Of a DNA stretch of 36,587 nucleotides, positions 19,401 to 26,819 are shown piece by piece. A program made the position numbers and the translations under genes. The notes beneath the pieces are model-generated. The model did no database searches, was not told where the DNA came from, and was given only the letters and a program-made list of their open reading frames with translations. The number at the start of each line of letters is the position of its first letter. Position 1 is the stretch's first letter. The stretch comes from a virus (lineage: Duplodnaviria; Caudoviricetes): IMG/VR virus record IMGVR_UViG_3300017969_000045, positions 1 through 36,587 of that record, one strand, 5' to 3'.

Positions 19401-22400
19401 GAGATGTAACTAAATCTCCAATTTCAGGAATAACTGTTACTGCATTAACTAGCAAAATATATTCTGCTTTATATAATACAGGATGTCCTATACTTTCTAA
19501 GTAATCATTTGTAATATAAGAAACTTTACCATTAAAAGGTTGTCTATCTGTTAAAATAATCTGCGTTTGGTTTGCATATGACTCTTCGTGCCAATCTAAA
19601 TAAAGTAAGTCTCCTATACCTACACCCTCATACATATCTGTAGGAACTCTTATAATAAAATGTTCAACATTTTGTATATTCGTAAAAGGATAATTACCTG
19701 TTAATAAAAAATGCGCTTCAACACTTGAATCTTTATCTAAATTTGTCTCTGAAATAATTTTATTATAATTTACATAATTATTATATAATATATTAGCTCG
19801 ACTACCTCTAACTTCTTCTACTGCTTGCCAATAATCGTTGTTATATTTTACAACCGAACCCAATTCGTAATTAGAGTCTGCGTTATAGTCTCCATAATAA
19901 TTTGTTTTTACATTAGAACTATTAGGAGCACCAACTAAAAGATACTGGCCATCTGCAGTAAAATTAACACTATATCCAAAAGACTGATAATCAGCTGCAA
20001 TGTTTTCTGGAGGTTCTATAACTTGTGATAGTTGCCAATTTTTCTTTGTAGATTCTCTATTGTATACATATACTTTACCATTTACATTATCTTTATAACT
20101 ACCTACAGCTAATAGAGTATTTCTATTGTTAACAGATAATGCTGTACCAAAACTCTCAGTATCTAATAATACAGGATTTTTTGCATCATACGACGAAATG
20201 AATTTATTTTTATTTTCTAAAACTTTCCATCTGCCTGTACTATCGTCATCTAACCATAATAAATCATTGATATCAACTATATTTTCTGCTTTTCCATTTA
20301 AATCACTTATATTCTTACATCTTACATTAAAAAATACACTTAAATATACGTTAATTTTTAAACCTGTTTCAAACGGAACTGTTATATCTACTATTTTTGC
20401 AGTCGGCATAGCAATTATAATACTGTTATTTAATACATCTACAACTTCATAAAACCCCGAAACATCCATTTTTTGATAGTAAGCAGATACAGTTGAATCT
20501 TCGTCTGGATTATCAAATGTGTAATGGATATCCGATAATCCTATAATATCACCAACTGTAATTTTCCAATTAGACTCTGTATTAGGATCTATGTTATTAA
20601 CAGTATTGGGATTAACATGAATTTCGACCACTCCTTGAGATGCTTCAGGAATAGTAATATTAAAAATATTATGATTATATCTAACATATTTGAAAACAGC
20701 CCATGAAGACCCCACATTACCTATCCAAATATAATCATTTGCATTTACTGTTTCATAATTCAATTGCAAAATTTCTTCTTTGCTTCCTAAAACATAATTA
20801 ATGTCATCTATATTAACATATCCTGCTTCTTTCACATAAGGTTTGGCAATAAATTTTGTAGGAAAAGGATGCTCATTATAATTTGTTGGCTTTACAAAAA
20901 CTTCATAAGATTTAATTCTATAAATCCAATCAATTCCGGTATTTTTTTCTGTAGATAATAATACAGGCTGGTTAGTTAATCTAAATTGGTTTTCATCTAA
21001 AACAACTTCTAATTCTTCAAAACTTGACACAGCTCCATAAACACCTTCTCTAATCGCCCATTCTTCATAAAATTCTATACTATCCTTATCATTGCTTGCT
21101 AAAACATCAAATAATTTATTTAATGAGTTTCTTGTTCCTTTTTCTTTAATAAACCCTTGATAAAATTTGTATTGGCTTATATCATCATTAATAATATTTT
21201 CTAAATAAGTTCTTTTTTGATAACCTGTTAAGTGTTGAGCAAGCCTTTGTTGACTTACATCAAAATTATCACTATCAAGATCATAAAAATCTGTAAATTG
21301 ATTTATTTTATAATCTATATTTTCTAAAAGTTGACTAGTAGGCTTTTCCGCTAATTTTTTCCAATCAGAAAAATTAAAATCTTTAGATCCATAAATTTTC
21401 TTATCAGCTGCATAATAAAAATTCTTATATAATACAACATCGCCAATACGATAATCTTTCCATTCTTGCCATGAATAAATTTTTACATCATCGTATATGA
21501 AGCCTGGAATGTGCAAAGACCCTGTCCAATTAGAGGTTCTATAGCCTAAGACTTTAATTCTATCTTGTCTATATCCTGCCACTTTATTATATATTACATC
21601 ATTAAATACTGTAAAATTGTCAATATATAAACAGTGTTCAAATTGCACTAAGGGAAGTCTTACATAATAAATTCCATCTGTTCCTATAGATTCTACAGAA
21701 AAAGTATTATCTACTTCATTTACTATTTGTAAATCAGTAATATCAATTGGATTACCAGAAGCATTTAAGACTGCATATTCATAAAAGACATTATCTAATT
21801 TATCTACAATGTACCTGCTATTTTTAAAATGTATCATATTAGCAGCCGGGCTCAAAGTAATTAAAGTATTATAAGGCCATGCTTGTGTGGTCCAAAAAAC
21901 AAATTCTTTAATCGACCCTAACCAATTGTTTATATCATTTTTTGTTTCGTCATAATCAGGAAACGAAAACCCTAAAGTTTCAATATATAATCCATAACCA
22001 AATAAAAAGTCAACAACATCTTGAATACTAGGTAATATTGTATCATAATGTAATACGCTAAGTTGATTAGAAAAATTTTCTCTTAAAAAAAAGTTGTTAC
22101 CGCCTGTGGTTGGTAAATTTTCTAACAATGTATAAGAATTATAATCAAAATCTATACCAGCATTCTGTGTGCTATTGGCCCTATAAAATTTACTATTATA
22201 TCTTACAACAGAGCCTTGGATAACTGTTTTTTCCTCGTTCCAGTTAGCATATGATTCACTTACTCCTCCAATGTTTAACGTTGGATCTTTTTGCCTAGCA
22301 ATCACTGGATAATAATTAAAAACTGGAGAATTTTTATCATAACCTTTTATCTGATAACCATTTGTTTTTTTTGTAATTAAAACTCCACTATATACAATCT

Positions 22401-25400
22401 CTGACACAGTATGTGATTTATTTAAAAACAACTTATAATTTTCATTAGGGACAAAAACATTACCTTCATTTAAAGGAGTTCGTGAATCTAATAATAATTT
22501 AAATTTTTCTTGTTGTGTAAATCCGCCAATTCTAAGTGATAATTGATTTTCTATTTTAGAAATTTTTTCTAAATATTTTTCTTTGGTAGCAACTGACTGG
22601 CTTAAAAGATAATCATTTATATAGTTAACAAGACCACTTGCTTTGACTTCAGTATCAACTGACGGTAACACTATTGATGAAAATGTAAAATGATTAACAT
22701 CTTTACTGTAAATAATTTGATCTGCAAAGTTTCTTTTTTGTCTTGATCTATCAAATGCTGTTGAAAAAACTTTAAAAGGATTATTTAAAACCATTGCTTT
22801 TAATAAACTAAAAGGATACAAATTACTTTTACGCCAAACATTTTCAATAGGACTGTAATCTCCAAAACTAAAATCAGATTGTTTATAACTATCATTGTAA
22901 TATTGTACAATTCCATTTTGGAATGGGCTTAGTAATTTTCCATTGTTATCTACTGGAATAATTTTAGTTAAACCTGGTCTAGCATATTTTTTATTTTTCT
23001 TGTTGTCAAATCTTATATAACCATCTTCTAAATCTTGCCATAATTTATTGTTAGTATTAGTGTAAGGAGATGATCCATATTCATTTTCCCACCAGTCTGG
23101 TTTAATTGAAAATCCTAACATTTCCCAAGGATGCGTGTCTGGTCTATCTGTGTCATACACAAATTTATAAATACCCCTCCACCAGCCAGGCAGTTTTTTA
23201 TTGTTATATAAAGCACGAGAATAATTATTTGTAAATGAATTGTTGTTTTCGTAATAAGTATTAATTGTATATTGAACTTCAGAGTATGCAACCCATTGAT
23301 AAAAATCTACAGACATGACTTTGTCTAAATCTGATTTTGCTACATTTGTTTCCCTAAAACAGCCAGAAATAAAATCATTTATATCAAATAATTTTGGATT
23401 ATAATCTATCTTAATATTGTTAAAAATTCTTTTTTCTAATTCTAAAAGTAATAAATCTCTATAATCTTTAAAAACAAGTGTCCTACTTCCGTCATGTCCT
23501 TGGACATACGATTTTATAAAGTCCACATCTTCATATACAAGAGATTGTACATTAACACCTAAAAAATTATAAGATTCTGCACAATATAATGTAGTAGTCA
23601 TTCCATCAAATTTTATTAATGTAGGATTTCCTGTTCCTCCATTTATAACATCAAAATCTATCGCATCTTCAACATTAAAAAACAATGGGTAATACCAACC
23701 TAACACACCGTTAACAGATCCATAACATTGAAATGGTTCTGTATATTCTATTTCATCTGTTGGTTTAATTTCTGTAATTATTTTTGGTTCAAATTTAGGA
23801 TATAATCCTAACTTTGTCGGTGTAGGTGCTACGAAATTACTTAATGTAGAAGAATAGAAATATACTTCTATTACATCATTAACATTCTTAGTTACATATA
23901 CATTTACAAAATTTTCAATAAAATTATAATCTTTTCCATATATAAGTAATTCTTCATTTTTGTAAACTTGAAAAGATTTATAACTTAAAGTTTCTAAATT
24001 AAATTCTTCGGACAATGGAAAATATATTTGATCAACATCTATTATTACAGTGCTACTAACTAATTTTCCATTAATTGGAATCATATCAGAATCGTAAAAT
24101 GGGTCAACAAAACTTTTATTTTTATTAATTTCTGCAATTACTGTATCAACATGACGCTTAATTGGTCCGCTAAAATTAGAATCGTAAGCATGCTCGTGAA
24201 ACAATCTAATAAATTTACTATACTCTTTACTTGCAAAATTTATAGCATGAATTATATTTGAGTTTTTATCTAAAAGATGATAAGATGCCAAATTAAATAA
24301 AGACGAATGTTTTACAAATTTAGATCCAAATTTTGATATTTCCTTTATATCTCGTAAGTTACTCCTACCAGGAAACTCACCAATATGATTATCTATTTCT
24401 TCTATTATAGTATAACCATGATCTAATATTTCACCATATGTTAAAGAGTTTAAATCTTCATTTAAAGGATTGTTTTCTAAATTAATAGGCAATTCATAAT
24501 GGGCATTATTAGTGATGTTGCCATTACCTTTAGATTTCACAAATATCTTATCATTTACGTTTAATGAAGTCGTAAAATGTATAAAAAATTTATTTGCAGG
24601 AGATACTTCAATTTTAAAATCTACGCCATCATGTAGTAATACATTATTTTTATAAATTTTTAACCATAAATCTGACAATTTTGTATTAAAATCATAAGCA
24701 TCATATAAAATTTTATCAGTAGATTTTTCTATTAAAGTTTGCCAAAGGACTTTCTGCATTGAATCTGCATTCGCTTTAACCCATCCGTTAACAAAAATAG
24801 ATTCTCCATTTTTTAAATTTTTCTTTAAAAATCCTGATGATGTCTTAACTTCAACAAGCTGGTTATTATCAGAATAAAGAAAACTATCATTTAGTAGATC
24901 AAACCTAAATAATATGTCTCCATTATTTTCTATTGTCCTGTAAGATAAAGGAAATCCTAATTCTACATCATTGTTTCCTTGACCTTCAACATAAGAAAAA
25001 ATCTTAGTGCCTTTAAATTGACTGGCTGAATATTTACTAGAAGAAAACGATTCTTGCTCATAATTATATAATTCAAATAATGGATTTTGATTTAATCTTG
25101 TTTTTTCTTGTCCTGCATACCATTCTCCATTTTTATAATAAAAATATTTTCCTTTATATGTATTTCCATCTTTTATTAAAACAACATCGCCTTCATTAGG
25201 AGAATTTTCTTCTACTAACGAAATTTGGTTTACATTATTAATTTTTCTAAACATTACTTTGTAAATTTTATTTTTAACAAAGCTGTCACTATCATTGGCA
25301 AACAAAATTTTCATTTCATTTGTTATATCAATTCCGTCTACATTATAACCAGTTGACCCTTCTATAATAGAAAATACATCAGTTGTAAACTTATCTATTA

Positions 25401-26808
25401 GATCAATACTTCCTATAATTTTTGATCCAAAATTATACAATTGTAAATCAGCATCAAATTCAATTATAGGCTTTGTTGCTTTTTTATTCTCATCTAGTAA
25501 AACACCCTGATTCGTAAGACTTAACGATAATTCTAAAACATCTCTATGAAACCATCTATTGTATTTGCTCCAAAAATTACCATCTCTACTTGCTCTGTTT
25601 ATTACAATATAATCTTTTTCTAAAGGATATCCATATGCTTCACTAAACGGAAATTCGTCAAAATTTGATTCTCCAAATGGAATTTGTATATCAGGATTAA
25701 AATTATTTGCTACAGATAAATCATCTTCTTTTATTAATACAATTTCTGAACCTACTCCTTCGACATAAAAATTGCTATCTTCATAAAAACTCGGCGTTAT
25801 ATTACCTAAAAATTTTACCTTCATTCCATTTGTAAACTTCCAACCTTCTGCAGTTGTATAACTCTTCTTACCAATTATGTCTTTGTCAACATTTAAAAAC
25901 GTATTTTCGGTTATATCTTTAATGATAAAAATACCTGAAAGATTTATGTCAGACTCAGAAATATAAAACAAATTATCAGGAGCTACATCAGACACAGTAA
26001 ATTCTATGACACCTTGACCAACGAAATCATCATTTATTTCATTGCCTTCGGTATCAAACTTTACAATTCCTGTATTATATAATAAACTAGTATTTTCCAA
26101 ATCACTATCAGGAACTAATAAATTTCCAGGACTGAAACTTTTTTTTGTACAAATTGCAATAGGATACTGCGGAGAATTAATCTCAAATCTATAAGTTTGC
26201 CCTTTATATAGTGTAATATTAGGATTTCTGGTTAACCCATCAGGAGAAAACAAATAAGTAAAATTATCCTCTTCATCTGCAACCGTTACTGTATAAGTAC
26301 TCGTAACTTCTCTTTGTTGTCCAAAAACTGAAACAACTTGAGGTCCATCTGGCACCCAATAATAATTTCTATAATTAATAAATTTATCCCAATCAAAATT
26401 AGGATTCCATGTATAATATTCTTGAGAGTTCAATTTACTATGATTTCTAACTTGTCCTCCTAATATTTCTACTGCATGCAAATAATCATTATAATCTGCA
26501 AAATATTCTACATTATCAAAATCATCTTTTATAAAAGTTGCAGGCTCTAACTGGTAATTTATTCTTTCTTTATTAATATCACCAATATAAACGTCGTCAA
26601 CTACATAAGGTTTAGTTATCTTCCTACCATAATATCCATTAATTTTTTCTACTTTACCAGGTTGAGTAAGTTGGTCAATAGTAGACTCTAAAAACTTTTT
26701 ATTATATGGAGTTCTAAAATATTTAGGAAGATGATTTACAGATTGTCTTTTATAATTTTTATCTCCAGCTGGTAGAGTTGGCTCTACCTGATTATTGTCA
26801 AATGCCAT
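10408..26808 (-). CDS. Giant (5,466 aa) baseplate wedge/structural protein, gp7/P2-gpI positional equivalent, with FG-GAP-like propeller repeats, CBM5/12-like motifs and other repeats
   Basis: Uninterrupted 16.4-kb ORF directly after the gp6-like gene, with AAGGA SD. Motifs include FIKEKGT..L, NEVKPY, repeated FG.S....G..L.VG.P, Y..G.VV.Y....Y.A, I..PG.GY...P and F.GDGST..F. Confidence 0.75.
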   Translation of the reverse strand: MAFDNNQVEPTLPAGDKNYKRQSVNHLPKYFRTPYNKKFLESTIDQLTQPGKVEKINGYYGRKITKPYVVDDVYIGDINKERINYQLEPATFIKDDFDNVEYFADYNDYLHAVEILGGQVRNHSKLNSQEYYTWNPNFDWDKFINYRNYYWVPDGPQVVSVFGQQREVTSTYTVTVADEEDNFTYLFSPDGLTRNPNITLYKGQTYRFEINSPQYPIAICTKKSFSPGNLLVPDSDLENTSLLYNTGIVKFDTEGNEINDDFVGQGVIEFTVSDVAPDNLFYISESDINLSGIFIIKDITENTFLNVDKDIIGKKSYTTAEGWKFTNGMKVKFLGNITPSFYEDSNFYVEGVGSEIVLIKEDDLSVANNFNPDIQIPFGESNFDEFPFSEAYGYPLEKDYIVINRASRDGNFWSKYNRWFHRDVLELSLSLTNQGVLLDENKKATKPIIEFDADLQLYNFGSKIIGSIDLIDKFTTDVFSIIEGSTGYNVDGIDITNEMKILFANDSDSFVKNKIYKVMFRKINNVNQISLVEENSPNEGDVVLIKDGNTYKGKYFYYKNGEWYAGQEKTRLNQNPLFELYNYEQESFSSSKYSASQFKGTKIFSYVEGQGNNDVELGFPLSYRTIENNGDILFRFDLLNDSFLYSDNNQLVEVKTSSGFLKKNLKNGESIFVNGWVKANADSMQKVLWQTLIEKSTDKILYDAYDFNTKLSDLWLKIYKNNVLLHDGVDFKIEVSPANKFFIHFTTSLNVNDKIFVKSKGNGNITNNAHYELPINLENNPLNEDLNSLTYGEILDHGYTIIEEIDNHIGEFPGRSNLRDIKEISKFGSKFVKHSSLFNLASYHLLDKNSNIIHAINFASKEYSKFIRLFHEHAYDSNFSGPIKRHVDTVIAEINKNKSFVDPFYDSDMIPINGKLVSSTVIIDVDQIYFPLSEEFNLETLSYKSFQVYKNEELLIYGKDYNFIENFVNVYVTKNVNDVIEVYFYSSTLSNFVAPTPTKLGLYPKFEPKIITEIKPTDEIEYTEPFQCYGSVNGVLGWYYPLFFNVEDAIDFDVINGGTGNPTLIKFDGMTTTLYCAESYNFLGVNVQSLVYEDVDFIKSYVQGHDGSRTLVFKDYRDLLLLELEKRIFNNIKIDYNPKLFDINDFISGCFRETNVAKSDLDKVMSVDFYQWVAYSEVQYTINTYYENNNSFTNNYSRALYNNKKLPGWWRGIYKFVYDTDRPDTHPWEMLGFSIKPDWWENEYGSSPYTNTNNKLWQDLEDGYIRFDNKKNKKYARPGLTKIIPVDNNGKLLSPFQNGIVQYYNDSYKQSDFSFGDYSPIENVWRKSNLYPFSLLKAMVLNNPFKVFSTAFDRSRQKRNFADQIIYSKDVNHFTFSSIVLPSVDTEVKASGLVNYINDYLLSQSVATKEKYLEKISKIENQLSLRIGGFTQQEKFKLLLDSRTPLNEGNVFVPNENYKLFLNKSHTVSEIVYSGVLITKKTNGYQIKGYDKNSPVFNYYPVIARQKDPTLNIGGVSESYANWNEEKTVIQGSVVRYNSKFYRANSTQNAGIDFDYNSYTLLENLPTTGGNNFFLRENFSNQLSVLHYDTILPSIQDVVDFLFGYGLYIETLGFSFPDYDETKNDINNWLGSIKEFVFWTTQAWPYNTLITLSPAANMIHFKNSRYIVDKLDNVFYEYAVLNASGNPIDITDLQIVNEVDNTFSVESIGTDGIYYVRLPLVQFEHCLYIDNFTVFNDVIYNKVAGYRQDRIKVLGYRTSNWTGSLHIPGFIYDDVKIYSWQEWKDYRIGDVVLYKNFYYAADKKIYGSKDFNFSDWKKLAEKPTSQLLENIDYKINQFTDFYDLDSDNFDVSQQRLAQHLTGYQKRTYLENIINDDISQYKFYQGFIKEKGTRNSLNKLFDVLASNDKDSIEFYEEWAIREGVYGAVSSFEELEVVLDENQFRLTNQPVLLSTEKNTGIDWIYRIKSYEVFVKPTNYNEHPFPTKFIAKPYVKEAGYVNIDDINYVLGSKEEILQLNYETVNANDYIWIGNVGSSWAVFKYVRYNHNIFNITIPEASQGVVEIHVNPNTVNNIDPNTESNWKITVGDIIGLSDIHYTFDNPDEDSTVSAYYQKMDVSGFYEVVDVLNNSIIIAMPTAKIVDITVPFETGLKINVYLSVFFNVRCKNISDLNGKAENIVDINDLLWLDDDSTGRWKVLENKNKFISSYDAKNPVLLDTESFGTALSVNNRNTLLAVGSYKDNVNGKVYVYNRESTKKNWQLSQVIEPPENIAADYQSFGYSVNFTADGQYLLVGAPNSSNVKTNYYGDYNADSNYELGSVVKYNNDYWQAVEEVRGSRANILYNNYVNYNKIISETNLDKDSSVEAHFLLTGNYPFTNIQNVEHFIIRVPTDMYEGVGIGDLLYLDWHEESYANQTQIILTDRQPFNGKVSYITNDYLESIGHPVLYKAEYILLVNAVTVIPEIGDLVTSQNVEAVVSYVYEKPIFINGILEGTGAITIYVTNTNGSFKAQDSLFINETAFVGQYELVLPTETNEEVAAVFSGYLALGTAQSYNVGNITKDTGRGLAVKNVNAATDTFKERPSFTSLDYIVPDTIVTAENLGQNAEASYLRRLSYTGSPGPGSVSGDFLSRYFVVRGTKTFTDKIFAGSKVGLYVNDLQKTVRILELARPISFIQAGEKIYQSLSGASAVVFSTFNGFENELVNASGTLPLADLLPTTTTTIEVQFVEGEFDPNELLFATDTGELGVRPVKQPDDNELLDLESVLGLSYNKINKDQIVHDLWDGYIVYQSTTTIQDNYLEPVAAGSISGDAAEAAGYPREAVETGQIVRDPQAGGYAEVVFYERNANIVTLFVKNLNGSWRLGRNYQNNGQIAMDPYPLAEDVGYDAYGRTGIYNNTGNDNNWIVIGDILFTSLGKPDKDIGKLVVFDYGYDILVPKNQDSANEIRNYEYIMHFSDNISGIQRETLPPSRQNFLWANKFSIQASNAGTASGFVNEGIVYIYEKIGKNYTLIKSLLSPDRKDNQYFGSKIQTSLNFESLYKAVISAKNNTTYADPGKLFFLKNGVESNITYNWDYSRYKQYRGAFSVDAEYLTNDVVYYEYNNYTFYKATTTLDPGDFNDLYWIPIDSLIDYLGELPNDQGLIYKENNELLNLIPTDNLYDFASEFVLSDAGEVIAVLVSYDDIDNVVAVYRNRGGYYEWSQNLSAPKNSVSFGHSIDINTDGSIIVVSDPFYDNNDKVDVGIVYVYIQSNGLFTLQQILQNPNQVTSAQFGFKISLDQNYLVCNARSASNKKITTFDSNKTLFDNGFTEFAYENAYSGSVYVYQLFNNSFIYAQDLTTSYNNNYYFGRNLLTVGNHIYVGLPRVKSSTGYTGIVVNYKVDDNIYIEKRKSIDVVDVSKIKKVFLYNKKTKKLLTYLDYIDPLQGKIAGTAEQNLSYKLFYDPAVYSHKNGVLENESNYWTEENVGKLWWDLRDTKFYNPYLNDLVYAANYWNKIFSTNFVKVYEWVKSRFKPSEWDELTGTNEGLTLNITGTTLYGDNYYSERRQYSQSYQTYTTYYYYWVKDKQDIPFVDGRTLSALDTSLLIQDPQSQMYRFVGFLQDNSFVVYNCKELLEDKNVILSIQYWNVDNVTQNSHYQYKLIADGLANSMPNHEIVNKWIDSLVGADKKGRSVPDLTLDEKNRYGTLNHPRQGWFVNRQEALKQLIERVNDVIADKYITFGKDISDLTAYEQPPLLSENLYDTTVDTLLDLDYLGLSKITQAVLKPIVVDGKIITIIIENPGRGYVTTPTYILSGQGSGAEIEIGINELGSIVSANVIYAGKDYTDNLRLFVRPYTVLVNSDNTINGKWSLYERTSNFSWLRIRSQSYNTNLYWEYKDYYLPGYSNLVSVNHQVDYSYQLDFLNINIGDIVKINYIGDTGWLLLLKIDNQSNVDYTINYKVIGKQNGTLKFLPSLYDYSSSTISFDTTSFDADFYDNLPVAETRIIINTILNKIFINELGIETNQLLIASLKYVLSEQKYVDWVFKSSFVKAKHNVGELRNDITFNNDSLPSYQQYFNEVKPYKTKLREFISSYEKVENISSSISDFDLPPFYNFRRGKIEPWRLVYINGQIDLFEGELLPNISNWIKEHSYSITSLAIVDPGLNYRNVPNIVFEGGSGSGAVGRVTLGLDGKITAAKIIVGGKGYTHPPTVIVDGKYEDGGKQAKIIALLDKPLQRSLSVNVKFDRLGSQVDNSNLQVIENFTGTGSKYIFNLTYPIEYKTSLVNVKINGSQLLKDEYTYENVKNEDSSYTKYLGQITLTEPASIDSEIQISYVKNISVLHAVDRINSYYETKIGLLGNDLGQLMDGIDYGGVEVKSFKFENSNGWDSDAWFTSYYDTYDSTYDDIKFTVKGTILDLSNLPYKVRVSWAKITEIMLTIVENSFVTVDDVPTSVFINQFSVNTVGLSVPIRSVDTILNISGEVTDIGTPGNPNFEANLAISQRHFYLYSIKNFANIEFSKNNIETNILNRFESLSTEALQGLLAEGVIEYIVFDITQSLENNVPYNLYKNGVRLDDPYFSTGTFNNPNAVMDTIIGDNTITSINFIDYGVDVSFNDIFILRKQTSDGSFLPTNVDYDTVLSGGNLLYDNAKGIAPEDIIIDGDDFVTPLRNKGPEELIPGYINDSLDIKVYERPTGGLGKINSMVFIGDGSTTNFPLENYSILDTSLFVKIGSAIKKQYVDYNIDRTTNELTFVNAPSNNNTISVLSIGLSGIDVLDIGTFIADGSTIEFITKIKFSESEYNSIVAVRGNKIAHSLYQTEYNMLGIKLIDFITDGTEISYAVFSGKEDKFSSVIIDEFIYDEDIESYKLIQTPFNDIPSEWRTLVKVNDRILNPGYYEKFTVTAQRDYRLKLYQIPAGSLAPNHIKVYLNENEIFYGDHWKFVSSDSFDPTVSEYDQIGSTINLNQGIGSHNDILEVYVIATKEMTKLGGEYRYGYYDEDNFYVETPGILHLFFNPNSTDEITNGDKITVYQFSNDKSLGIIRQTYNVYENTLTRAGTLSGNFQFVLGQSSVIVLDEPLQIGKYYSVYLNNVRLDDPNFGAANSLDNPNALLQTITGNNQVSLDLNVLGINFVAGDVLRIQQLNADINYDNNTFDYYEYRRLRNNIILLEKEILSENYVWVVLNGNLLTPAIDYYLLSNNKEIRLSVSLKNDDFIDLIHFSQQHLTKDIAWRQFKDNLNRDHYKLIDTNAKTFLSQDLYYYDRVIHVDDATKLAKPNPTAKFPGIIFIDNERIEYFSVVDNELRQLRRGTLGTGIKNKHFAGDEVLDQSTRKTLPYVDESITQIFVGDGSTKIFSLDFMPTSINEFEVFLGGVRLRKNPLKIYDNANGIDSSIADRWIDAEMHIPILNKNYTDIPVNSNIGDIYIQGGNEFVYTGENWVSDANKNLLTLSRPPRDNERVIVVRRIGKSWNELGKSLSQSNTDISKILQS

Positions 26809-26819
26809 TTTAATCCTTA

